This document shows positions 9,836-17,705 of a stretch of DNA of 64,000 nt, piece after piece (position 1 is the first letter of the stretch; each line of letters begins with the position of its first letter). Under the pieces are notes generated by a model. The model saw only the letters and a list, made by a program, of their open reading frames with translations. It ran no database searches and was not told where the DNA came from. Location: assembly GCA_033762295.1 (NCBI GenBank), contig JANRLW010000009.1, forward strand, positions 33,614-97,613, read 5' to 3'. This DNA is from Capsulimonadales bacterium. Its GTDB lineage: Bacteria; Armatimonadota; Armatimonadia; Armatimonadales; Armatimonadaceae. The position numbers and the translations under genes were made by a program.

Positions 9836-10642
9836 ATGCGGAACGTCTATCTTCGGCTCTACGTTCGCTACGTCGCCGCCTCGGTGCGGGCGCAGTTACA
9901 GTACCGCGCCTCCTTTTTCATGATGACCCTCGGTCAGTTCCTCGCGATCGCGATCGAGTTTGCCGGAATACAGGCGCTGTTCGACCGGTTCGGCACGATG
10001 CGCGGCTGGTCGCTGCCGGAGGTGGCGTTGCTCTACGGCATGGCCAATACGGCCTTCGCCCTGGCCGATATGTTCGGACGGGGTTTCGACCAGTTCGGAA
10101 CGATGGTGCGGAGCGGAGATTTCGACCGTCTTCTGCTGCGTCCGCTTCCGACGGCGTTCCAGTTACTGGCGCAGGATCTGGTGCTGATGCGGCTCGGACG
10201 AATTCTTTGCGGACTGCTCGCCCTGAGTTGGGCGATGGGGCAACTGGCCATTACGACGGATGCCGCCAAAATCGTTCTGCTCCTGTTTTCGCTGCTCGGC
10301 GGCGCCTGCGTCTTTTTCGGGCTGTTCGTTCTTCAGGCGGCCTCGTGCTTTCGGACGATCGAAACACTGGAGATCTGGAGTACGGTCACCTACGGGGGAG
10401 TGGAGGCGGCGCAGTTCCCGATGCCGCTCTACCGATCCTGGATGCGGGACCTGTTTACGTTCATTGTCCCGCTCGCCTGCCTGAACTATCTGCCGGCAAG
10501 CGTCCTTCTCAACCGGAGCGCCGACCTCGGGGTTCCTCCGATCCTGGCATGGACCTGCCCGATCATCGGCTTTGTGTTTCTGGCAATCAGTCTGCGGGTC
10601 TGGTCGTTCGGCGAACGGCACTACCTTTCGACCGGCAGCTGA
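9836..10642 (+). CDS. ABC-2 family permease (DUF990-like)
   Basis: AAGGAG RBS; QYRASF, GDFDRLLLRP, C-terminal YLSTGS. Confidence 0.88.
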   Translation: MRNVYLRLYVRYVAASVRAQLQYRASFFMMTLGQFLAIAIEFAGIQALFDRFGTMRGWSLPEVALLYGMANTAFALADMFGRGFDQFGTMVRSGDFDRLLLRPLPTAFQLLAQDLVLMRLGRILCGLLALSWAMGQLAITTDAAKIVLLLFSLLGGACVFFGLFVLQAASCFRTIETLEIWSTVTYGGVEAAQFPMPLYRSWMRDLFTFIVPLACLNYLPASVLLNRSADLGVPPILAWTCPIIGFVFLAISLRVWSFGERHYLSTGS

Positions 10643-10648
10643 CCGCCC

Positions 10649-11599
10649 TCACCCGGCATGGTCGTTCAGTTCCAGAACCGCTTCCTCGACCGCGCGCGTG
10701 CGATGGAGGACCTGACGAACGGTCGTACGCAATCCTTCGACGTCCGGCGCTGTCAACGTCACCGGCGTGGCGTCCACACGGGCAAGCGCGGCCTGTGCCA
10801 GAGATAACGCCTGACAGATCAGTTCCTCCTGAGCCTCCAGACGGGCCAGCAGAGGGTCCAGCCCGCGAAGCGCCTCCAGCCGCTCCTGACAGATCTCCAG
10901 CGACTGATGATAGGAGCGGCGGGCGACCGGGTCCGTCGCCCGATCGAGTCGCGCCTGCAGACGTAACAGTTCCGCCTCGGTTCGGGCCAGCGCACCGTCC
11001 TCCATCAGACGCGCCACCTGCTGACGGTGAACGGCGATCCGGTAGTGATCCGCGAGCAATGCGTTACACTCACGAAGCATCTCCTGCCGCAAAGCCGGGT
11101 TTCCTCCGGCTCCGGCGACGGGAGCGGACGCCAGCTGCACGATCACATCGCCGTAAAGACGCTCGGCCCGCGTTTCACCCGACCGGAGAAACGCCTGTCG
11201 CACCTCATTTTCGAGCGGAACCAGGTTGCCGCGCAGACGGGGGGTGGGCAGACCGCGCCCCTGCTCGACCATCCCGGCCATCGTGCCGATGCCGGCCAGT
11301 CCGATCGGCAGTGCCGAAAGCATCGTCGTCGCCACCGGCCCGACCAGGTTGAAACACGCATTCAGGTACAGGAAGACGATGAAAAGCGCACCGATGAAGG
11401 AGACCACCGTCCAGGCAGGATCGAGCCGATCACCCGACGAGGTCGTGATCGATCGGGACGTTTCCGAAACGGGTTTCTCTGTGGATCGGATGACGGCAGA
11501 AGCGTCGGCGCTTCGGGTCCGGGCGACATAGGACCCCACTCTGGCGGTGATGCGCGGGTCTACCTGTTCCCAGCGTATCTGCTCCCGGCGAAACAACAT
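10649..11599 (-). CDS. hypothetical membrane protein with C-terminal coiled coil
   Basis: two hydrophobic segments followed by a long Leu/Arg/Glu helical region; ATG after GAGGG. Confidence 0.6.
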   Translation of the reverse strand: MLFRREQIRWEQVDPRITARVGSYVARTRSADASAVIRSTEKPVSETSRSITTSSGDRLDPAWTVVSFIGALFIVFLYLNACFNLVGPVATTMLSALPIGLAGIGTMAGMVEQGRGLPTPRLRGNLVPLENEVRQAFLRSGETRAERLYGDVIVQLASAPVAGAGGNPALRQEMLRECNALLADHYRIAVHRQQVARLMEDGALARTEAELLRLQARLDRATDPVARRSYHQSLEICQERLEALRGLDPLLARLEAQEELICQALSLAQAALARVDATPVTLTAPDVEGLRTTVRQVLHRTRAVEEAVLELNDHAG

Positions 11600-11861
11600 C
11601 GCGCTTCGGCCCTCGCTTCCTGCGGTGATTTTTGTCAGCTTTCTCCGGCAGCGCCCTGCCTGTTCCCCGGATCGGACTCCATTAAAGGACTCTCGATCGG
11701 GGTTGGCGGTTCCTGTCCGGGGCCTGTACCCTTGCAGTTCCGTATACCTATATCGGTCGATACGAAAACAATGCTCAAGGGATTCTCCAACAATTAAACG
11801 CAAACCACCCGGCGGTAGTTCTCCATTATACAGCGGTCGGACGGAAGAGAAAGCGGAAAAA

Positions 11862-12536
11862 TCAGGATCGTTCGCGATCCAGTACCAGCAGGGTTCCACC
11901 GGCGACCAGACCCGGGAGCAGGAAGACCCCGACGAACGGAATCAGGGTGAGGAGACCGGCCACCAGCGCAAAGGACAGCGTTCGCGCGTCCGGCGGACGG
12001 AACAGGAACGGCAGCTGCCGTCCCAGCGTCATTCCGCGCCGCAAACAGGTCGGCGCGGTAAAATCCAGCAGACCGATCACCCCCGCCGCAACCACACCCG
12101 GAATCGGACCGAGCCAGAGCCCGAGAACGAAAGCCGTCAAACCGAGCGTCAGATTCAACGCCAGACGTCCCAGGACGTCGGCGAAAAGAGCACCCCCTTC
12201 CGGCGGAAGGGCGGTCGGCCGTTCCGGGCGCACCTCCCGTTCCGTCGCCTCGGCGATCGATTCGTACACCATACCGAAAAAGACGCCCCCGAACAGCGTG
12301 AAAAGGAAGGGGAAGAGCAGGAGCCAGAGGACGATGGCCGCCCCGGAGACCAGGGGGGTCAGCCAGCCGCTGCCCGGTAGACCGGAGAGCAGCGCGGCCA
12401 GATGAGGCAACAGAAAGATGCCGCCGAGTATTCCCAGCGTCATATACACGAACAGCGTCAACAGCACCGGACCAAAGCAGTATTTCCACAGCCGGGGCGT
12501 TCGCATTACCAGAAATATTCCGCGAAAAGCATCCAT
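11862..12536 (-). CDS. EI24/CysZ-like membrane protein
   Basis: PRLWKYCFGP, YESIAEATE, LIPFVGVFLLP pattern; multi-TM. Confidence 0.7.
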   Translation of the reverse strand: MDAFRGIFLVMRTPRLWKYCFGPVLLTLFVYMTLGILGGIFLLPHLAALLSGLPGSGWLTPLVSGAAIVLWLLLFPFLFTLFGGVFFGMVYESIAEATEREVRPERPTALPPEGGALFADVLGRLALNLTLGLTAFVLGLWLGPIPGVVAAGVIGLLDFTAPTCLRRGMTLGRQLPFLFRPPDARTLSFALVAGLLTLIPFVGVFLLPGLVAGGTLLVLDRERS

Positions 12537-12612
12537 AGTTCTTCGCAGTTCAGACACACGAACCCCCGGCTCTGTTGCCCGCATTTCTGCGGTTCCGACG
12601 AAATCCTTCGGA

Positions 12613-13137
12613 TTATTCGCAGCAGGAAGGCCCCGGCGACGCCGTTTTTTCCCGTCCGATGTTCAAGGACAGCGTGACCGGCGCAGCGACCGTCCCCCCG
12701 CAGCAACCGGTTTCCGCTTCCCGTCCGTGGGTGTCGAAATGGTCGTCCTCCGTCTCATTCATTTCATCCAGAAGCGCGTACACCTCCCAGGAATTGCCGT
12801 CCGGATCGGTGACCCAGACCTTGTCCTGGCGCGCAAAACAGCAGACGGTATCGCCCTCGCGGAAAACGACGACCCCCGTGCTCTCCAGGCGATCCTTCGT
12901 CGCTGCCACTTCCTCGGTCGAATGAACCACGATGCCGAGATGGGACAGCGTACCGGCTCCGGCCGTCACCTGACCCTGCTGCATCGCCAGTTTCAACGGC
13001 GGGTTCTCGATATCGAAGTTGGCATAACCCGGACGACGTTTGTGAGCGGAAACCCCGAAAAACGCCTCGTAGAAAGCGACCGCACGGTCGATATCGTGTA
13101 CGTTCAGGGAAATATGGGTTTTGGCAATCGTATTCAT
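12613..13137 (-). CDS. ArsI/CadI family VOC metalloenzyme (C-As lyase-like)
   Basis: HISLNV, FYEAFFG, KRRPGYANF, HLGIVV, CCFARQDKVWVTDPDGNSWEVY. Confidence 0.88.
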   Translation of the reverse strand: MNTIAKTHISLNVHDIDRAVAFYEAFFGVSAHKRRPGYANFDIENPPLKLAMQQGQVTAGAGTLSHLGIVVHSTEEVAATKDRLESTGVVVFREGDTVCCFARQDKVWVTDPDGNSWEVYALLDEMNETEDDHFDTHGREAETGCCGGTVAAPVTLSLNIGREKTASPGPSCCE

Positions 13138-13203
13138 CGGACTCACTCCGGCACGGCCCCGGCGGTATTTCGCCATTGCGGCGAATGGGCTTGCCCTGTA
13201 CCG

Positions 13204-13233
13204 ATCATAACACCCGGACTTCCGGGGCGTCAA
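13204..13233 (-). promoter_or_regulatory. sigma70-type promoter of the arsI-like gene with a dyad in the spacer
   Basis: minus strand TTGACG-18 nt-TATGAT with extended TG; spacer holds CCCGGA-AG-TCCGGG. Confidence 0.6.
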
Positions 13234-13321
13234 GATATATTTCGTCATTTGGCGAAATGTTTTTTTTTCGGAACACGACAGCGACCGGTTCCGAATTCTT
13301 GCGGGAAGGCATCACGAACGA

Positions 13322-13708
13322 ATGGCCGAATACTACCACGATACGGATCTGCAACGGTTGCCGGAAATGGGCAAGGAAAGCCCGGACCTGATGCACCGCT
13401 TTCTGGAATATTACGATGAGTGCCTGAAGGAAAATTCGCTGAGCAAGCGGGAAAAGGCGCTGATCGGTCTGGGCGTTTCTCACGTCGTCCAGTGTCCTTA
13501 TTGCATCGACAGCTTTACGAAACTCTGCCGGGAAGCGGGATTGAGCCGACCGGAGATGACCGAGGCCGTCCATGTTGGCGCGGCCGTTTCGGCGGGCGCC
13601 ACCATCAGCCACGGCCTGCAGATGATTCAAATTCTGGACCGCGAAGAGGACGACTCGGGAGACCGGGAGAGTTCCGCTCCGGAACCGTCCGGAGGAGCGC
13701 CCGAATAG
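13322..13708 (+). CDS. AhpD/CMD-family protein, arsenosugar-biosynthesis-associated peroxidase-like type
   Basis: YYHDTDL, REKALIGLGVSHVVQCPYCID, EAVHVGAA, HGLQM. Confidence 0.8.
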   Translation: MAEYYHDTDLQRLPEMGKESPDLMHRFLEYYDECLKENSLSKREKALIGLGVSHVVQCPYCIDSFTKLCREAGLSRPEMTEAVHVGAAVSAGATISHGLQMIQILDREEDDSGDRESSAPEPSGGAPE

Positions 13709-13740
13709 GGGTATTTCGCCGCGGACGAAGAACAAGAGCG

Positions 13741-13789
13741 AAAAGAGCGAAACCGCGCCGAAGAGTTCTTCGGCGCGGTTTCGCTTTTC
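13741..13789. terminator. bidirectional intrinsic terminator
   Basis: long stem AGCGAAACCGCGCCGAAGA/TCTTCGGCGCGGTTTCGCT with A/T flanks, between convergent genes. Confidence 0.8.
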
Positions 13790-13811
13790 CGGAGGGACCG
13801 AAACGGACCCG

Positions 13812-14438
13812 TCAGTCGCCCAGATAGCGAAGTCGGTATCGTTCGCCGACCGGCAGTTCCGTGTGCCGATACGAGGAACCGAGGATCAGTCCGTAGACCA
13901 GGTGCGGCACGGACGCCAGAAAGACCGCTTCCCAGCCCAGGTTTCCATGACCTGCCTGATTCATCATGACATCCGGATTCGGCAGGAACGAGGACGTGAC
14001 CTGCGGCAGTCCCCAGCGGGACGCCAGTCCGACCATCCAGGGATACAGAAAAGCGTACATCGCCACGAACAGCAGAAAGCCGTAGAGCGTCCCCTTGCCG
14101 TGGTTGCTCTGGAAGTGGAACAGGTGCAGGACGAAGGCGTACGCCAGCGCCGCGCCGGTATACAGACCCACCACGCCGGCGATTCCCAGAAGCTGCGCTC
14201 CGACCGGGTCGTCCGTGATGAACGCCCCAAGAATGAGGGGCAGGTTCAGACCGTTGGTCGCATTCATCCCGTAGCCGAAGTAGATCAGGAAATGCGTCAG
14301 CAACAGCCCGAGCGACGCGCCGATCCCGTAGATCAGCGTTCTTCCCCAGTGGATCCGGTAGGGCGAATCGATGAGAATCACATCCCCGCCGCGCGCGGGA
14401 GCCGGAGTCGAATAAACTTCCGCCATCTGCTTTGTCAC
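13812..14438 (-). CDS. hypothetical multi-pass membrane protein
   Basis: GAAGGAG RBS before GTG; about 4 TM; PHLVYGLILG. Confidence 0.65.
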   Translation of the reverse strand: MTKQMAEVYSTPAPARGGDVILIDSPYRIHWGRTLIYGIGASLGLLLTHFLIYFGYGMNATNGLNLPLILGAFITDDPVGAQLLGIAGVVGLYTGAALAYAFVLHLFHFQSNHGKGTLYGFLLFVAMYAFLYPWMVGLASRWGLPQVTSSFLPNPDVMMNQAGHGNLGWEAVFLASVPHLVYGLILGSSYRHTELPVGERYRLRYLGD

Positions 14439-14579
14439 GTCTCCTTCAGAGGGCCTCCGCACGCCGAAACGGAGTGAGGGCATGAGAGGAACACCCGGCG
14501 CGACCTGATGCCGTGCCGATTATCGTTCGCATTGTACCCCAGGTTCGCCGGAATTACCGATCCGATACCCAAATTGCCC

Positions 14580-14608
14580 TTGCGATAATTAAATTTACAT
14601 TATACAAT
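14580..14608 (+). promoter_or_regulatory. sigma70-type promoter of the MerR-vWA pair
   Basis: TTGCGA-17 nt AT-rich-TACAAT. Confidence 0.65.
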
Positions 14609-14618
14609 GTCAGCAACA

Positions 14619-15329
14619 ATGGATGTCAACGACATGGAAACCCGGTTTCGAAACTGGCGAGGAACGGCCGGCGAACTGGCGGACGTGCTGACACGCCTGC
14701 TCTCCGAGTCGTCCTCTACGCCGGAACCGCCGCCGACCGAACGGCTGATCCGGTTCTATGTCACTCAGGGCGTTCTCACCCGACCCGATCGGGAGGGACG
14801 GGAGGCCCGTTTCGGTTACCGTCAACTGGTCGAGACGCTGGCGACGCGGCTCCTACTCGCCGACGGCTGGTCTCTGGCGCGTATCGCCGATTACCTGCGC
14901 GATACCGAAACGGCGACTCTGCAAACCCTGCTGCCGCGTACGGTTCCGCCGGGCGATACCGATCCGGGCCGAACGAAAGCCGAAGCGCTGGTCCGGCAGT
15001 TTTCGGAACGCTATCAAACCGCCGCTCCGGCGGTTCCGCCGGCCGTAATCGCCCCGGCGGAATCCGTTCGCGATCGGGCGGAAACACGTCAGGAGATACG
15101 TACCGCTCTGCACCGTCTCGGCCTGTCGGGCGACATGCCCGAAAGGACGACCGACACGCTCTATACCGTCGCGCCCTGGTGCCAGATACGTCTCTTTGCC
15201 GACAGCCTGGACGAGGCGCTCCGACAGGCCAGCGGCGCGGCGGAACGGGAGCGGATGGTCGAGGACGCCGTCCGTGTTTTCCGCGCCGCCCTCGCCGAGG
15301 AGATCGCGCGGCGCGGCAAGCGTCGCTAA
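14619..15329 (+). CDS. MerR-like HTH transcriptional regulator
   Basis: ERLIRFYVTQGVLTRPDREGREARFGYRQL...GWSLARI; ATG 14607 lies inside the -10 box, so 14619 is preferred. Confidence 0.78.
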   Translation: MDVNDMETRFRNWRGTAGELADVLTRLLSESSSTPEPPPTERLIRFYVTQGVLTRPDREGREARFGYRQLVETLATRLLLADGWSLARIADYLRDTETATLQTLLPRTVPPGDTDPGRTKAEALVRQFSERYQTAAPAVPPAVIAPAESVRDRAETRQEIRTALHRLGLSGDMPERTTDTLYTVAPWCQIRLFADSLDEALRQASGAAERERMVEDAVRVFRAALAEEIARRGKRR

Positions 15330-15411
15330 CCGTCGTCACGTTAAACGCCCAAACTTCGCAGGGCGTTCATGCCGGTATCATGGGCATTTTTGCCGGAAAG
15401 GTCGCGAATTT

Positions 15412-16710
15412 ATGACACACACTCCTCTGACGATCGAACTGACTCCCTGCCGGACGGCCATCTCCCGGGAGGGCGGAACCCTGGATGTTCTGATCCGGGT
15501 TCAGGCCCCGGCGCTGCCGCCCGCCCGACGCGACCGTCCGCCTTTGCACCTGGCGCTCGTGGTGGACCGATCCGGTTCCATGGCCGGTCAGCCGTTGCGG
15601 GAGGCGCTCCGCTGCGCCGAGAATATCATCACGCACCTGTCGCCCGTCGATCGCGCCGCGCTGGTCGTCTACGATACCGACGTCCGCACTCTGGTCCCGC
15701 TGACCGCCGTCGTCGACCCCGCGCCGTTCGTCCGCGCCCTGCGCAGCGTCACCGACGGCGGCTCGACCGCCCTCCATGCCGGGTGGCTCGAAGGCGCGAA
15801 TCAGCTTGCCCCGCAGACCGGCACGGCCTCCCTGTCACGCGTTCTGCTCCTCTCCGACGGTCAGGCGAACGTCGGCGAAACCGATGTGACGAAGATTGCC
15901 GACCAGTGCCGTGCGCTCGCCGGCGCGGGAGTGACGACCACCACCATCGGACTGGGCCGGAACTTCAATGAGGATCTGATGGTTGCCATGGCCCGACACG
16001 GAGGCGGACAGCACTACTACGGACAGACCGCCGCCGACCTGGAGGACGCGTTCCGCGAGGAGTTCGACCTTGTCCGTGCCCTCTACGCCCGCAACCTGAC
16101 CGCCTCGCTTCACCCCGGACCGGGCGTCGTGGTCGAGATCACCTCCGTGCCCGGAGTCCTTGCCAACGCGCCGGTTCCGCTCTCCGATGTGGCCTATGGG
16201 GCAGAGGTCTGGCTGCTGGCGCGTCTGCATTACGCCGCCAAACCGGACGGAAACCATACCCTCCTCGCGGTCGGAGTGAAAGGCCAGCGGATCGACGGCG
16301 GCCCGTTCGAGACCCGCTCCTCTCTGCTGGAACTTCCGACCATGCCCGAACTCACCCTGAAGACGCTTCCGACCGACGACCTTGTAACCCGCCGAAAAGC
16401 CGAGGTCGAGACCGCCAACCTCTACGACGAGGTTCGGTCCGCTCTGCGCTCCGGCGACCGGACCGAGGCGAAACGTAAACTGGAACAGGCAAAATCGACC
16501 GCGCAGACCTTCGACTGGATGGAACGCAGTGTCGACGCCATGGAAACTCTGATCGATACCGACGCGGAAATGGCGGTCAAGGAGGCGCTCTTCCAGGCGG
16601 AGAAAGCGAGAAGACGACAGGCGCCGATCCACGAATCCGCCGTCGCCGCGCCCGGCGAGGATACGCCGACCTACCTCCGCCGCAAAACGGAGAGCGGCAA
16701 ACGCGAATAA
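15412..16710 (+). CDS. vWA domain protein (YfbK-like)
   Basis: MIDAS DRSGSM, GSTAL, LLLSDGQAN, TTIGLG. Confidence 0.88.
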   Translation: MTHTPLTIELTPCRTAISREGGTLDVLIRVQAPALPPARRDRPPLHLALVVDRSGSMAGQPLREALRCAENIITHLSPVDRAALVVYDTDVRTLVPLTAVVDPAPFVRALRSVTDGGSTALHAGWLEGANQLAPQTGTASLSRVLLLSDGQANVGETDVTKIADQCRALAGAGVTTTTIGLGRNFNEDLMVAMARHGGGQHYYGQTAADLEDAFREEFDLVRALYARNLTASLHPGPGVVVEITSVPGVLANAPVPLSDVAYGAEVWLLARLHYAAKPDGNHTLLAVGVKGQRIDGGPFETRSSLLELPTMPELTLKTLPTDDLVTRRKAEVETANLYDEVRSALRSGDRTEAKRKLEQAKSTAQTFDWMERSVDAMETLIDTDAEMAVKEALFQAEKARRRQAPIHESAVAAPGEDTPTYLRRKTESGKRE

Positions 16711-16744
16711 CCCGGCGGCCCGGACCGCCCGATCGACGCGTCCG

Positions 16745-17317
16745 TCAATTCTCCACCAGCGGAAGATTCAGGGCGCGGGCATAGGCTTCGGCGGTTCGAT
16801 GGGCCACTCGCTCGCCGGACCCGCAGAACCGGAGACGATAGGGCTGCCACTTGCCGACCTGCCAGCGCAGGTACAGCCAGTGGCGCACCCGTCCTCCGGT
16901 CGTCTCCCGCTGCAACAGCAGTCCCACCAGATCGTCGTAGGTCCCGTGCCGCCACTGGACGAACGGCAGGATGCCGCGCCGCATCCGCCAGGTTTTCTTC
17001 GCCGGGTGAATGACAATGTCACTGCGCCAGAGGAGGGAGCCAAAACCGACACTGCCGAAAAGCGCCCCCGCGATCAGGTAGGTGACGGTCTGCAGGGAAC
17101 TGACCCCGAACCGGTCCTTCTCCCAGAACGGAACATATCCCGAAACCTGCGCGGCGCCAAGGATCACCAAAAACGCCCCCCAGACGGCAAGACCGGCCAT
17201 CATCAGCGCAAGCACGATCCCGAACCGCCCCTCCTTCTTCAGGTTCTCCGGGGTGATTCCCTGCGAACGGCGAAAAACGCCCTCGTCATCGATGTCGGCC
17301 AGCGGAAGGTTGGACAT
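16745..17317 (-). CDS. hypothetical membrane protein
   Basis: two TM segments plus a beta-rich C-terminus; GAGG RBS. Confidence 0.6.
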   Translation of the reverse strand: MSNLPLADIDDEGVFRRSQGITPENLKKEGRFGIVLALMMAGLAVWGAFLVILGAAQVSGYVPFWEKDRFGVSSLQTVTYLIAGALFGSVGFGSLLWRSDIVIHPAKKTWRMRRGILPFVQWRHGTYDDLVGLLLQRETTGGRVRHWLYLRWQVGKWQPYRLRFCGSGERVAHRTAEAYARALNLPLVEN

Positions 17318-17460
17318 GCCTCAGTCTCCCTACCCATATACTACCAACACTTCCGTTCCCCGGCGACCGGGTGCGCAATATTACCGGACCCTTACGCTCC
17401 CTCCCCGTTTCCCCCGCGAAGGCCCCGAACACGCAAACCACCCGGCTTTGGAAAAATGGG

Positions 17461-17610
17461 TCAGGCGACGGCATAGGCGCTGAACGGACGGGCCTCCTCC
17501 GGCCAGAAGGCCAGGACAATGCAATTCCTGGGGACTCCGGCAGCAACCAGTTCGGCAGCAATACGCGTTTCCGTGTTGTCCTCCTGAACGAAAAACTCGG
17601 CAATCAATAC
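17461..17610 (-). pseudogene. xisI: XisI-family C-terminal fragment
   Basis: FFVQEDNTETRIAAELVAAGVPRNCIVLAFWPEEARPFSAYAVA matches the XisI C-terminus; N-terminal half absent. Confidence 0.7.
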
Positions 17611-17705
17611 CGTTAGCGTATTACTTTCATGAAATCTATTCATTGGACGCATAGTTGACGACACAGGTACAATAAGGTCGCTATCCCACTCGACGAGGAA
17701 ATATC

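Noticed and set aside
11600..11860. Lower-GC gap with an extended -10 (minus strand, ~11823-11830) as an ncRNA or 100-aa gene extension
   Set aside because: No recognisable RNA family or protein-like sequence; probably a promoter plus UTR
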